Positions 22,663 to 31,064 of a stretch of 40,003 bases of DNA are shown here, piece after piece. The first letter of the stretch is position 1. Each line of letters opens with the position of its first letter. A model generated the notes under the pieces. It was not told the DNA's origin. It saw only the letters and a program-made list of their open reading frames with translations, and made no database searches. A program made the position numbers and the translations under genes. This DNA comes from a virus (lineage: Duplodnaviria; Caudoviricetes), in the IMG/VR virus record IMGVR_UViG_3300005611_000073, positions 1-40,003 of that record; one strand, given 5' to 3'.

Positions 22663-24369
22663 ATGAGTGAACGAAAACCATTTGAATGGGTGACAGAAGA
22701 ATCTATAACCTTTTTACAACGAGGATATTTAAGTGAAGGTGAGTCTGCAAACGAAAGAATAAAAACTATTGCACAACACGCCGAAAAGATATTAGGTATT
22801 GAAGGATACGCTGATAAATTTTATGATTATATGGGTAAAGGTTGGTATTCTCTATCTTCACCTGTGTGGGCTAATTTTGGTAAAAAGAGAGGTTTACCTG
22901 TTAGTTGTTTTGGTTCAAACGTACAAGATAATATTGAGTCCATACTTTATACATCAGCAGAAGTTGGTGAAATGAGCAAGATGGGCGGTGGGACATCAGG
23001 TTATTTTGGAAACATCAGAGGTAGAGGTACACCTGTAACTGATAATGGACTTGCACCCGGCGCCGTACATTTTATGAATTTGTTTGAAGCGGTGGTAGAT
23101 AACATCTCACAAGGAGCAACTCGTAGAGGTAGATTCTCACCTTATTTACCAATTGAACACCCCGATGTAATGGAGTTTTTAGATATTGGAACAGAAGGTG
23201 CTCCTATTCAAGATTTAACCCACGCCGTTACCGTAACCGATAAGTTTATGGAAGAAATGATTGGTGGTGATGAGGAGAAACGTGCGAGATGGGCTAAAGT
23301 AATTCAACGAAGAGGTGAGATTGGGTATCCGTACATTATGTTCCACGACACGATGAACAAAAATACTGTTGATGTGTATAAGGATAAAGGAGCAACAATC
23401 TATAACTCTAACCTATGTTCTGAGATTGCCCTTCATAACTCAGAAGAAGAATCATTCGTATGTGTACTTTCCTCAATGAACTTATTACATTACGATGAAT
23501 GGAAGGACACAGATGCAGTAGAAGTTCTTACTTTCTTTTTAGACGCAGTCAACGAAGAGTTTGTCACAAAATTAGAACAAATACGTGACAACGGAACTAA
23601 AGAGGGTAGACGTGCTTTTGACTTTATGGAGAAATCTTATAACTTTGCTAAAAGACAACGAGCATTAGGTTTAGGTGTATTGGGTTGGCATTCTTTGTTA
23701 CAATCCAAAGGACTTCCATTTGATACAAGAGAAACTGCACGATTAAATGTAGAGGTGTTTAAATTGATACAAGAAAAATCATATAAAGCATCAGAAGAAC
23801 TAGCAAGAATGTTTGGTGAACCTGAATACTTAGTTGGGTATGGTAGAAGAAACGTTACTCTTAATGCAATTGCACCGACAACTTCATCAGCATTTATATT
23901 AGGTCAAGTTTCACAATCCATTGAACCCTTATTTAGTAACTGTTATGTAAAAGATTTAGCAAAAATGAAAGTAACAGTTAAGAATCCCGTTCTTAAAAAA
24001 CTATTACAAGATTTAGGTAAAGATACCAAAGATGTTTGGAATAGTATTAAAGAACAAGATGGGTCGGTTCAACATTTAGACTTCTTAACAGATGAACAAA
24101 AAGATGTATTTAGAACGTTTGCAGAAATCAACCAATCATCTATCATCAACCAAGCCGCAATTAGACAAGATTTCATTGACCAATCACAATCGTTGAACTT
24201 AATGATTTCACCTGATATGCCAACTAAAGATGTAAATAAGTTATTGATAGACGCGTGGAAGTTAGGAGTAAAAACCCTATACTACCAACACTCAATGAAC
24301 TCAGCACAGGCATTTGCTAGAAAGAAACTTAATATGAATGATTTGGTTTGTATTGCATGTGAGGGTTAA
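22663..24369 (+). CDS. nrdA: Ribonucleotide reductase alpha subunit (short, no ATP cone)
   Basis: SCF, GGGTS, SNLCSEI, IAPTTSS, KTLYY, C-terminal CIAC. Confidence 0.95.
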   Translation: MSERKPFEWVTEESITFLQRGYLSEGESANERIKTIAQHAEKILGIEGYADKFYDYMGKGWYSLSSPVWANFGKKRGLPVSCFGSNVQDNIESILYTSAEVGEMSKMGGGTSGYFGNIRGRGTPVTDNGLAPGAVHFMNLFEAVVDNISQGATRRGRFSPYLPIEHPDVMEFLDIGTEGAPIQDLTHAVTVTDKFMEEMIGGDEEKRARWAKVIQRRGEIGYPYIMFHDTMNKNTVDVYKDKGATIYNSNLCSEIALHNSEEESFVCVLSSMNLLHYDEWKDTDAVEVLTFFLDAVNEEFVTKLEQIRDNGTKEGRRAFDFMEKSYNFAKRQRALGLGVLGWHSLLQSKGLPFDTRETARLNVEVFKLIQEKSYKASEELARMFGEPEYLVGYGRRNVTLNAIAPTTSSAFILGQVSQSIEPLFSNCYVKDLAKMKVTVKNPVLKKLLQDLGKDTKDVWNSIKEQDGSVQHLDFLTDEQKDVFRTFAEINQSSIINQAAIRQDFIDQSQSLNLMISPDMPTKDVNKLLIDAWKLGVKTLYYQHSMNSAQAFARKKLNMNDLVCIACEG

Positions 24370-25293
24370 ATGGATGTATTGGTAGCCAACCATTCATTAT
24401 CAGGTATAGATGGTAGTATTAAATACAACTATTCTATTATAGAAGAATTATTACGTAGAGGTCATAGTGTAGATGGGTTCGGTGTTGGTAATGATGGTGG
24501 TGGGTCTACTGTAACAGAACAACGTTTAAGAGAAATGAATGTACCGTTGTACATAGGAGCACCACCAACTAAAAAGTATGATTTAATATTATCGTCAGGT
24601 AAAACATCAATATATCATCTTGACAGGGTTGATGATATTTGTATACACACGAACCACGGTATTCATGTAGAAGAAGAAGAACCATTTGCACACCCTCTGA
24701 TAAAACAATTAGTATCAGTAAGTAAAGAAGTAAAAGATTTTACAGCGAGTAAAGGGTTTACGAGTGAAATAATATACAACGGTATAAACACTAAAACATT
24801 TAAGATAGATAATCCAATAAATAAAAGTTTAAAAAAAATATTATCATTGACACATAATCAATTACTAAATGATAGGTTGAGTAACATATGTAATAAGCTT
24901 GGAATAGAGTTTATATATAATCATAAAAAAGATAATCCTGTATTTGATATTGAGAAAAAAATAAACGAAGTAGATTTAGTTATAACTATTGGTCGTGGTG
25001 TTTACGAGGCTATGAGTTGTGGGAGAGTTGTTTTTTGTTTAGACAAACGAGAATATGTTGGTGGTGATAGTATTGGTGATGGAATTGTGACTGACGCAAA
25101 TATTAATTATATTATACAAAACAATTGTAGTGGTAGATACACTAATAAAGTATTTACCGACACCGATATCATAGAAGAACTATCAAAGTATGATTACCGT
25201 TTGGGTGAATTTGGTAGAGAGTATGTAACAACAAATTTAACAATAGAACAGTCCGTGGATAAATACTTAAACCTTTATGAACAATTTAGATAA
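24370..25293 (+). CDS. GT-B (family 4-like) glycosyltransferase
   Basis: RRGHSV, IYNGIN, DLVITIGRGVYEAMSCG. Confidence 0.8.
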   Translation: MDVLVANHSLSGIDGSIKYNYSIIEELLRRGHSVDGFGVGNDGGGSTVTEQRLREMNVPLYIGAPPTKKYDLILSSGKTSIYHLDRVDDICIHTNHGIHVEEEEPFAHPLIKQLVSVSKEVKDFTASKGFTSEIIYNGINTKTFKIDNPINKSLKKILSLTHNQLLNDRLSNICNKLGIEFIYNHKKDNPVFDIEKKINEVDLVITIGRGVYEAMSCGRVVFCLDKREYVGGDSIGDGIVTDANINYIIQNNCSGRYTNKVFTDTDIIEELSKYDYRLGEFGREYVTTNLTIEQSVDKYLNLYEQFR

Positions 25294-26320
25294 ACAATAT
25301 CAAAACTTACTCACAACTATTTTAGAATTTGGAATAAATAAATCAGACCGAACAGGTACAGGTACTAAATCTATATTCGGTTACACCATTCGTCATAAGA
25401 TGAAAGAAGGATTTCCACTTCTTACTACAAAGAAAATGGCATTCAAAACAATCGTAACAGAATTACTTTGGTTCTTACGAGGTGATACCAACATTAAGTA
25501 TCTAGTTGATAACGGATGTAATATATGGAACGGTGATGCTTTTAAAAACTTTAAAACAAAGTTTAATGGCCCTGCTATTGCAAAAGGAAAACTATTTGAT
25601 GAGAAAGTATTTATTGAACTAATCAAAACAGATGATGAGTTTGCTAGAGATTGGGGAGACTTAGGCCCAATATACGGTAAACAATGGAGAAAATGGGATG
25701 GTATAGACCAAATAGGTGAACTTATCCATAATCTAAAAACAAACCCTGATAGTAGAAGATTGATGGTCAATGCTTGGAATGTTGGAGACTTAGACCAAAT
25801 GGTTCTACCACCTTGTCATTATGGATTTCAAGTTTATACAAGAGAGTTGAACCTAGCTGAAAGATTCACTTGGTATGGAAACAAAATAGGTTCACATATG
25901 CACCACGACCACATTGAACAAGAGATGAATGAGAATAATGTACCGACACGTGCAATTTCACTAATGTGGAATCAACGCTCAGTAGATACATTCTTAGGAC
26001 TTCCATTTAATATTGCATCTTATGGATTGTTACTACAACTGATTGCAAATGAAGTAAATATGATACCTGATGAATTAATTGGTAATTTGGGTGATACTCA
26101 TTTATATTCCAATCACATAGAACAGGCAAAAGAACAAATAAGTAGAACCTCATTTGACTTACCACAACTTTCGTATTTAGATGAGTATCATTATTTAAAT
26201 GATAAGGAATTAGTAGGAGATATACCCTTTAGTAAAAAAATTGAAGAATTTAGACCCGATTTCTTCATAATTAAAGACTACCAATCACACCCAACAATTA
26301 AAGCACCTTTATCTAATTAA
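25277..26320 (+). CDS. thyA: Thymidylate synthase
   Basis: DRTGTGT, ELLWFL, YGKQWR, LPPCH, QRSVDTFLGLPFNIASY, GDTHLY. Confidence 0.97.
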   Translation: MNNLDKQYQNLLTTILEFGINKSDRTGTGTKSIFGYTIRHKMKEGFPLLTTKKMAFKTIVTELLWFLRGDTNIKYLVDNGCNIWNGDAFKNFKTKFNGPAIAKGKLFDEKVFIELIKTDDEFARDWGDLGPIYGKQWRKWDGIDQIGELIHNLKTNPDSRRLMVNAWNVGDLDQMVLPPCHYGFQVYTRELNLAERFTWYGNKIGSHMHHDHIEQEMNENNVPTRAISLMWNQRSVDTFLGLPFNIASYGLLLQLIANEVNMIPDELIGNLGDTHLYSNHIEQAKEQISRTSFDLPQLSYLDEYHYLNDKELVGDIPFSKKIEEFRPDFFIIKDYQSHPTIKAPLSN

Positions 26321-26324
26321 ATAC

Positions 26325-26353
26325 TTGACATTGATATTTATTTTTTGTAACTT
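26325..26353 (+). promoter_or_regulatory. Promoter for the small ORF + tRNA operon
   Basis: TTGACA-N17-TAACTT; predicted +1 near 26360. Confidence 0.7.
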
Positions 26354-26359
26354 TATATT

Positions 26360-26515
26360 ATGACACGTAAAAATAAATATCAACAAAAATCAACTTGGTC
26401 TCCTATGACAATGGGTGAAGTTAGACATCACATCGGTAAGAAGATGACTCAACAAACTCACACGTCCAAAAAGATATACAGTAGAAAGAGAAAACATAAG
26501 AAAAAAGAAATATAG
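26360..26515 (+). CDS. 51-aa basic ArfA-like protein (not in the ORF track); stop codon overlaps tRNA-Met
   Basis: MTRKNKYQQKSTWSPMTMGEVRHHIGKKMTQQTHTSKKIYSRKRKHKKKEI; TAG at 26513-26515. Confidence 0.65.
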   Translation: MTRKNKYQQKSTWSPMTMGEVRHHIGKKMTQQTHTSKKIYSRKRKHKKKEI

Positions 26516-26588
26516 CGGGGCAGAGCGTGTGGTGTTCGCCAACGGTCTCATAAGCCGTTAATCGTGGGTTCAACTCCCACCCCCGCCA
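26514..26588 (+). tRNA. tRNA-Met(CAT), atypical, initiator-like
   Basis: GCGGGG/CCCCGC acceptor with an A1:C72 mismatch; ACGGT-CTCATAA-GCCGT; GTGGG-TTCAACT-CCCAC. Confidence 0.85.
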
Positions 26589-26595
26589 CTCAGAT

Positions 26596-26667
26596 GTTCG
26601 GTTCATCTAGTGGTTAGGATGCCACCCTTTCACGGTGGTCACAGGGGTTCAAATCCCCTACCGAATA
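26596..26667 (+). tRNA. tRNA-Glu(TTC)
   Basis: GTTCGGT/ACCGAAT; CCACC-CTTTCAC-GGTGG; AGGGG-TTCAAAT-CCCCT. Confidence 0.93.
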
Positions 26668-26672
26668 CAAAT

Positions 26673-26746
26673 GGCTCGGTAGTTCAATTGGTTAGAGCAC
26701 TTGCCTGTCACGCAAGAAGTTGAGGGTTCAAGTCCCTTCCGAGTCG
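26673..26746 (+). tRNA. tRNA-Asp(GTC)
   Basis: GGCTCGG/CCGAGTC; CTTGC-CTGTCAC-GCAAG; GAGGG-TTCAAGT-CCCTT. Confidence 0.95.
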
Positions 26747-26748
26747 CT

Positions 26749-27103
26749 TATATATAAAAGTGGTGATGTTCTTTGACATAAAAAAAGGAGAAAACATATG
26801 GAAACAATAGCATTTGTTCAAGGTATACTTTCGGTCATCGGAATTTTGATGGTTGGGGGTATGGTTTGGGTAATAAGTAAAATACTAGATTTAAAATCTT
26901 ATATAGACGGTCTACAATTACACGTAGATAATCTTGAAAGAGATATACATACAGAAGTTCAAATTCAAAATCAGAATTTGAAAGAAACCATAGAACAAAC
27001 ATACCGAGATATGGACTCACGCTTTGATAAGTTTGAAACCCGTATTTCACAAAAACAATTACTTAAAGATTAACTAATAAAGAACATCACCTTTTTATAT
27101 ATA
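26749..27103. repeat. Imperfect ~25-bp inverted repeat enclosing ORF 26798..27073
   Basis: TATATATAAAA-GT-GGTGATGTTCTTT (26749-26774) vs AAAGAACATCACC-T-TTTTATATATA (27079-27103). Confidence 0.85.
26798..27073 (+). CDS. Single-TM coiled-coil protein
   Basis: AAGGAG SD; N-terminal TM then heptad pattern. Confidence 0.75.
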   Translation: METIAFVQGILSVIGILMVGGMVWVISKILDLKSYIDGLQLHVDNLERDIHTEVQIQNQNLKETIEQTYRDMDSRFDKFETRISQKQLLKD

Positions 27104-27129
27104 CAAATATAAATATATACATATATACT

Positions 27130-27318
27130 ATGAGTTACATTATTGTCAAATACGTAAAAATAAACAACCAAGAACTACCCGTTATTCTTATTGACGAGTT
27201 CGGTGAAGTATTAACTTTTGGTGGTGAAGAGGATGCAGAAGATTACAAAAAGCTATTTCAAAATAATTCTGATTCAGGACACCGATACGAAGTAAAACAC
27301 GTTAGTGAAAAAATTTAA
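27130..27318 (+). CDS. Hypothetical protein
   Basis: Clean ORF between the inverted repeat and the next promoter. Confidence 0.65.
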   Translation: MSYIIVKYVKINNQELPVILIDEFGEVLTFGGEEDAEDYKKLFQNNSDSGHRYEVKHVSEKI

Positions 27319-27327
27319 AAAAAAGTC

Positions 27328-27388
27328 TTGACATTGATATGGGGATTCAGTATCTTTCTTACGTAATGATAATTAACCCCTTAATCAT
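27328..27388 (+). promoter_or_regulatory. Early promoter + leader (variant)
   Basis: TTGACA-N17-TATCTT...AACCCCTTAATCATATG. Confidence 0.8.
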
Positions 27389-29332
27389 ATGAACTCACAA
27401 TTATTCTCTTCTTATTGGTTAGATGATTCACATATGACAGATTTGTCCACTAAAGACAAAGACCCTGTTAAACTAGCCAAATACCAACGAGTTATTTCAA
27501 ACTTTACTCGTATCCTAACTAAACAATCAATACCTGTTGAATATAGAAACTCAGGTGACTCTTATACTGACTCTCATAAGATTGTCATTGGGTCTACGAT
27601 TGATGAAAAAAACTTTGATAGTGTTGTGGGTCTTGCTCTTCACGAAGCTTCTCATATTAAACTAACTGACTTTACTATCTTACCTAATCTATTTGATAAG
27701 ATACAACAGATGGGGTTACTAACAGATGAGTTACGTGAACAGTTACTTATCTACCGTGAAGAGTTTAGAGGGTTATTAAACTACGTAGAAGATAGACGGA
27801 TTGACCGTTATGTTTATACCACATCTCCTGGCTATAAAGGGTATTACCAATCTCTTTATGATAGATACTTCAATGACAAAGTTATTGACAAAATGTTACT
27901 ATCATCTGAATATAGAGATAAAACAATGGAGTCTTACTTCAGTAGAATTATCAACTTGGTCAATGAGAATAGTGACTTAACCGCCCTTCCTGATTTACGA
28001 ACTATTCATAATCTAATTTTCTCTGAAGTTCCTAAGATGAAATCAACCACCGATGCCCTTACGGTAACAGTTAAGGTATTTGAGTTGATTATGAAAAACA
28101 TCTTAACTGATGAACAAGAACCTGATACTGAAAATGATGAGTCAGGTGAAGAAGAACAATCAGATGAGAACAAAGAAAACGGTATTGAAAAAAGTGAGTC
28201 AGGTAATAGTACAGGTGGTGACTCTCCTAATTCAGACTCAAGTGAAACTCAAGATGGTGATGACTCAGGTGAAAAAGAATTAGAGGAATTAACTATCAAT
28301 CAAAAACAACAGCTTCAAAAGAAAATACAGAAACAAAAGAAGTTCTTAGACGGTGATATTACCAAAGGTAAACTATCCAAAGAACTATCACACACAGTAA
28401 AGTCTTTACAGGGTAGTGATTCTGATGTTGTTGAGGTTGAATTTGAGGACAGATACGGTGATAAAGAAAAGACAAATGTGATTGTCTTACGTGGCCTATC
28501 GGAATCTAACTTTGATTTCTTCTACAATATGATGAATAGAAGAAGTGAGGGGGCTCACGATGATGAGGTTAGAAAAGGTATTTTACTCGGTAAGAAGTTG
28601 GGTAAAAAACTTCAAATCAGAAACCGTGAAACTCAAACTGATATTAACCGACAAAAAAAGGGACGTATTGAAAAAAGAAGATTACACGCCATTGGTGCGG
28701 GTGACTATAACATCTTTAACCAAAGTATTATAGAAAAACATTCAGATGCGTTTCTTCACTTGTCTATTGATGGTAGTGGTTCTATGGCGGGTACTAAGTT
28801 CAAAGACTCTTTGATGTCCGCCGTTGCAATTGCACAGATGGGGTCAATGACCAACATTGATGTTCAAATTTCATTTAGATATAGTGAAACGGTTGGTCAA
28901 CAGGAAAGGGCGTTTATGTGGGTCGCGTATGACTCACGTAAACAGTCAATGAAAGACATCAAAAAATACTTTGGGAGATTCTATCACAATGGTCTAACTC
29001 CTGAAGGTCTGTGTTTTGAATCCATTATGAAACAACTACCCATAGGTAGTGACGCTCTCAAAACCTATTTTATTAACTACTCAGACGGTGCTCCTTACTT
29101 TAAAGAGTACGGTGGAGATGGTGCGGTTCAACAGACAAAAAAACAAGTTGACACGTTGAGAAATAATGGTTATACTGTTCTATCGTTCTTTATTACCGAT
29201 GACGATTATGTGAATGAAAGAGAAAATTCTCAATTCAAAACTATGTATGGTAAAGACGCCTCGTCAATTGACCCGACATCTTTAACAAAACTTACCAAAC
29301 AACTACAAAATATGTTCTTAAATGAAAAATAA
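27389..29332 (+). CDS. HExxH + acidic linker + vWA (MIDAS) protein, CobT-like
   Basis: LHEASH, NYVEDRRID, D/E/S-rich linker, IDGSGSM, SDGAP. Confidence 0.85.
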   Translation: MNSQLFSSYWLDDSHMTDLSTKDKDPVKLAKYQRVISNFTRILTKQSIPVEYRNSGDSYTDSHKIVIGSTIDEKNFDSVVGLALHEASHIKLTDFTILPNLFDKIQQMGLLTDELREQLLIYREEFRGLLNYVEDRRIDRYVYTTSPGYKGYYQSLYDRYFNDKVIDKMLLSSEYRDKTMESYFSRIINLVNENSDLTALPDLRTIHNLIFSEVPKMKSTTDALTVTVKVFELIMKNILTDEQEPDTENDESGEEEQSDENKENGIEKSESGNSTGGDSPNSDSSETQDGDDSGEKELEELTINQKQQLQKKIQKQKKFLDGDITKGKLSKELSHTVKSLQGSDSDVVEVEFEDRYGDKEKTNVIVLRGLSESNFDFFYNMMNRRSEGAHDDEVRKGILLGKKLGKKLQIRNRETQTDINRQKKGRIEKRRLHAIGAGDYNIFNQSIIEKHSDAFLHLSIDGSGSMAGTKFKDSLMSAVAIAQMGSMTNIDVQISFRYSETVGQQERAFMWVAYDSRKQSMKDIKKYFGRFYHNGLTPEGLCFESIMKQLPIGSDALKTYFINYSDGAPYFKEYGGDGAVQQTKKQVDTLRNNGYTVLSFFITDDDYVNERENSQFKTMYGKDASSIDPTSLTKLTKQLQNMFLNEK

Positions 29333-29456
29333 TAAAGTAAAAATCAAACAAGAAATGGAGTTTAGTGCCAAGACACTAAGACTAATGGCTAAAATGGGAC
29401 ACACTCGTCTCAATAATGTCGCAAAGAATGTAACAAAACAAAACAAAAAGAAATAA
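29322..29456 (+). CDS. 44-aa basic peptide (not in the ORF track)
   Basis: MKNNKVKIKQEMEFSAKTLRLMAKMGHTRLNNVAKNVTKQNKKK; fills the intergenic gap. Confidence 0.5.
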   Translation: MKNNKVKIKQEMEFSAKTLRLMAKMGHTRLNNVAKNVTKQNKKK

Positions 29457-29469
29457 TATATACATATAT

Positions 29470-30060
29470 ATGAATTACTCAAACCACGGTTATACTACAA
29501 CGTATCTACCACGTAGAGAACAAACATCTGTTTCTAATTCTTACAATCAAAAAAATACTGACTTATCAAATAGTTTTAAGTTAGACAGTTTGTATGATTT
29601 ACAACGATGGATTGATAATGCCAATTCTGAAATAGATAATTATGTTTTTAAAAAAGTTTGGTATGATTACGAACGAACACTAAAGAGTGATGAGGAACTC
29701 AAAGACTTACGATTGGAGTGTACAGATATCAGAGGCTTTTTAGTTGATATGCGTAAAGGTATAGATTGGTATAAGATGAACTTTGATTCACAACCACGTG
29801 TACTTATAAATTTCTATGAAAAAATTACCCAACGAGAAAAACGATTACATAAAATAAAAAAGTATTTATCTACCCGAACTCGTAGATATGCTGCATTCAA
29901 TGCAATCAATGATACTAACATATCACTAGAGACAACCAAGTTAATACAACACAAAATTAAAACTGAATTAAAGGCTCTTGATATATTTTTATCAAACCAT
30001 AAACGTTATGTAAAACGAAAGACTATGGACGAAATTATAAGAGGTGGTAATGGAGATTAA
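29470..30060 (+). CDS. Hypothetical helical protein
   Basis: ORF only. Confidence 0.65.
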   Translation: MNYSNHGYTTTYLPRREQTSVSNSYNQKNTDLSNSFKLDSLYDLQRWIDNANSEIDNYVFKKVWYDYERTLKSDEELKDLRLECTDIRGFLVDMRKGIDWYKMNFDSQPRVLINFYEKITQREKRLHKIKKYLSTRTRRYAAFNAINDTNISLETTKLIQHKIKTELKALDIFLSNHKRYVKRKTMDEIIRGGNGD

Positions 30061-30175
30061 ATTTACAGACCGACAAGATATAATCAATGACATACTTGAT
30101 TCACTATCCGACAATGGAACGTTGACTGATGAACAGATACAGATATTACAAGACCTAAGTGATACCGATGAGTAA
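30050..30175 (+). CDS. 41-aa acidic peptide (not in the ORF track)
   Basis: GAGGTG SD; overlaps both neighbours. Confidence 0.5.
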   Translation: MEIKFTDRQDIINDILDSLSDNGTLTDEQIQILQDLSDTDE

Positions 30176-30374
30176 TGTAAAGACATACTTACCCGACCCT
30201 GATGTTTTACGTGAACAATTAAAAGAACATCAATGGGTTGACTTTTACACAAAAATTCCTAATATTGTAGGTAGTGTGGAATCACACTTAATCTTACAAC
30301 AAAAAATAGAACAGTTACAATGGCAAGAACAACATACAATTGGTGGAGACGAAACGACAAACGAAAGAAGTTAG
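30168..30374 (+). CDS. Hypothetical protein
   Basis: Operon geometry. Confidence 0.55.
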   Translation: MSNVKTYLPDPDVLREQLKEHQWVDFYTKIPNIVGSVESHLILQQKIEQLQWQEQHTIGGDETTNERS

Positions 30375-30778
30375 ACAAAAAGACTCCACTAATTGATAAA
30401 ATCAAACACGGTGACTTTGAGTACTCACAATATTATGATGAGGCACAAGAAGAACTCAAGACCATAGAACGTATCACACAAGAACACAAAGAACGTGGTA
30501 AACGTTTGGCGTTACGTGGAGTTACGGTTGATGAGAACATTAGAAAAGACATTGACCAATACCACAGACGATACACCCGACTAATGAAAGACCATTATGA
30601 GGAAGAAGATAGATTGTTACGTGATTTACGAAAAGAGTTAAAAAAAGAATTTGGTAAACATTGGGACTATTTATATGAAAGTTGGTTAAACGGCAAGACT
30701 GATGACTTGTCGGTTGAAGAACTATACAACACATATAAAAAGTTTTCAAATGGAACTAAGTCAAAAAGTAAAAGATAA
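30320..30778 (+). CDS. Hypothetical phage protein
   Basis: YNWWRR...KIKHGDFEYS. Confidence 0.7.
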   Translation: MARTTYNWWRRNDKRKKLDKKTPLIDKIKHGDFEYSQYYDEAQEELKTIERITQEHKERGKRLALRGVTVDENIRKDIDQYHRRYTRLMKDHYEEEDRLLRDLRKELKKEFGKHWDYLYESWLNGKTDDLSVEELYNTYKKFSNGTKSKSKR

Positions 30779-31064
30779 AATAAAAACATTTAGAGTGAAT
30801 GTATTAGACACCACATTTGATGTAATTAAACGAAACATCAATGACGGTGTAATTAAAAATCAAATGTACGTTGTTTCTCAAGATGACATACCAATCTATG
30901 TGTATGTGAAAGAGAACGAGTATAATAAAGTTTTAGAACAAATAAAAAATCATTATATTGAAATGGAACGATACGAAGATTGTTCCGAAATAATTAAATA
31001 CCAACAAAAAATAAAACAGTTACAACATGCAACTAACACCCGAACAATTGAAAGCGAACTATGA
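30750..31064 (+). CDS. Hypothetical protein with a C-terminal E-x-YE-x-C (UVR-like) motif
   Basis: YIEMERYEDCSEI. Confidence 0.6.
   Translation: MELSQKVKDKIKTFRVNVLDTTFDVIKRNINDGVIKNQMYVVSQDDIPIYVYVKENEYNKVLEQIKNHYIEMERYEDCSEIIKYQQKIKQLQHATNTRTIESEL

Noticed and set aside
25277-26320. ThyA as a dCMP hydroxymethylase, or as intron/intein-containing
   Set aside because: Canonical motifs including the dUMP-specific Asn are present; the extra segments are short in-frame insertions without splicing motifs
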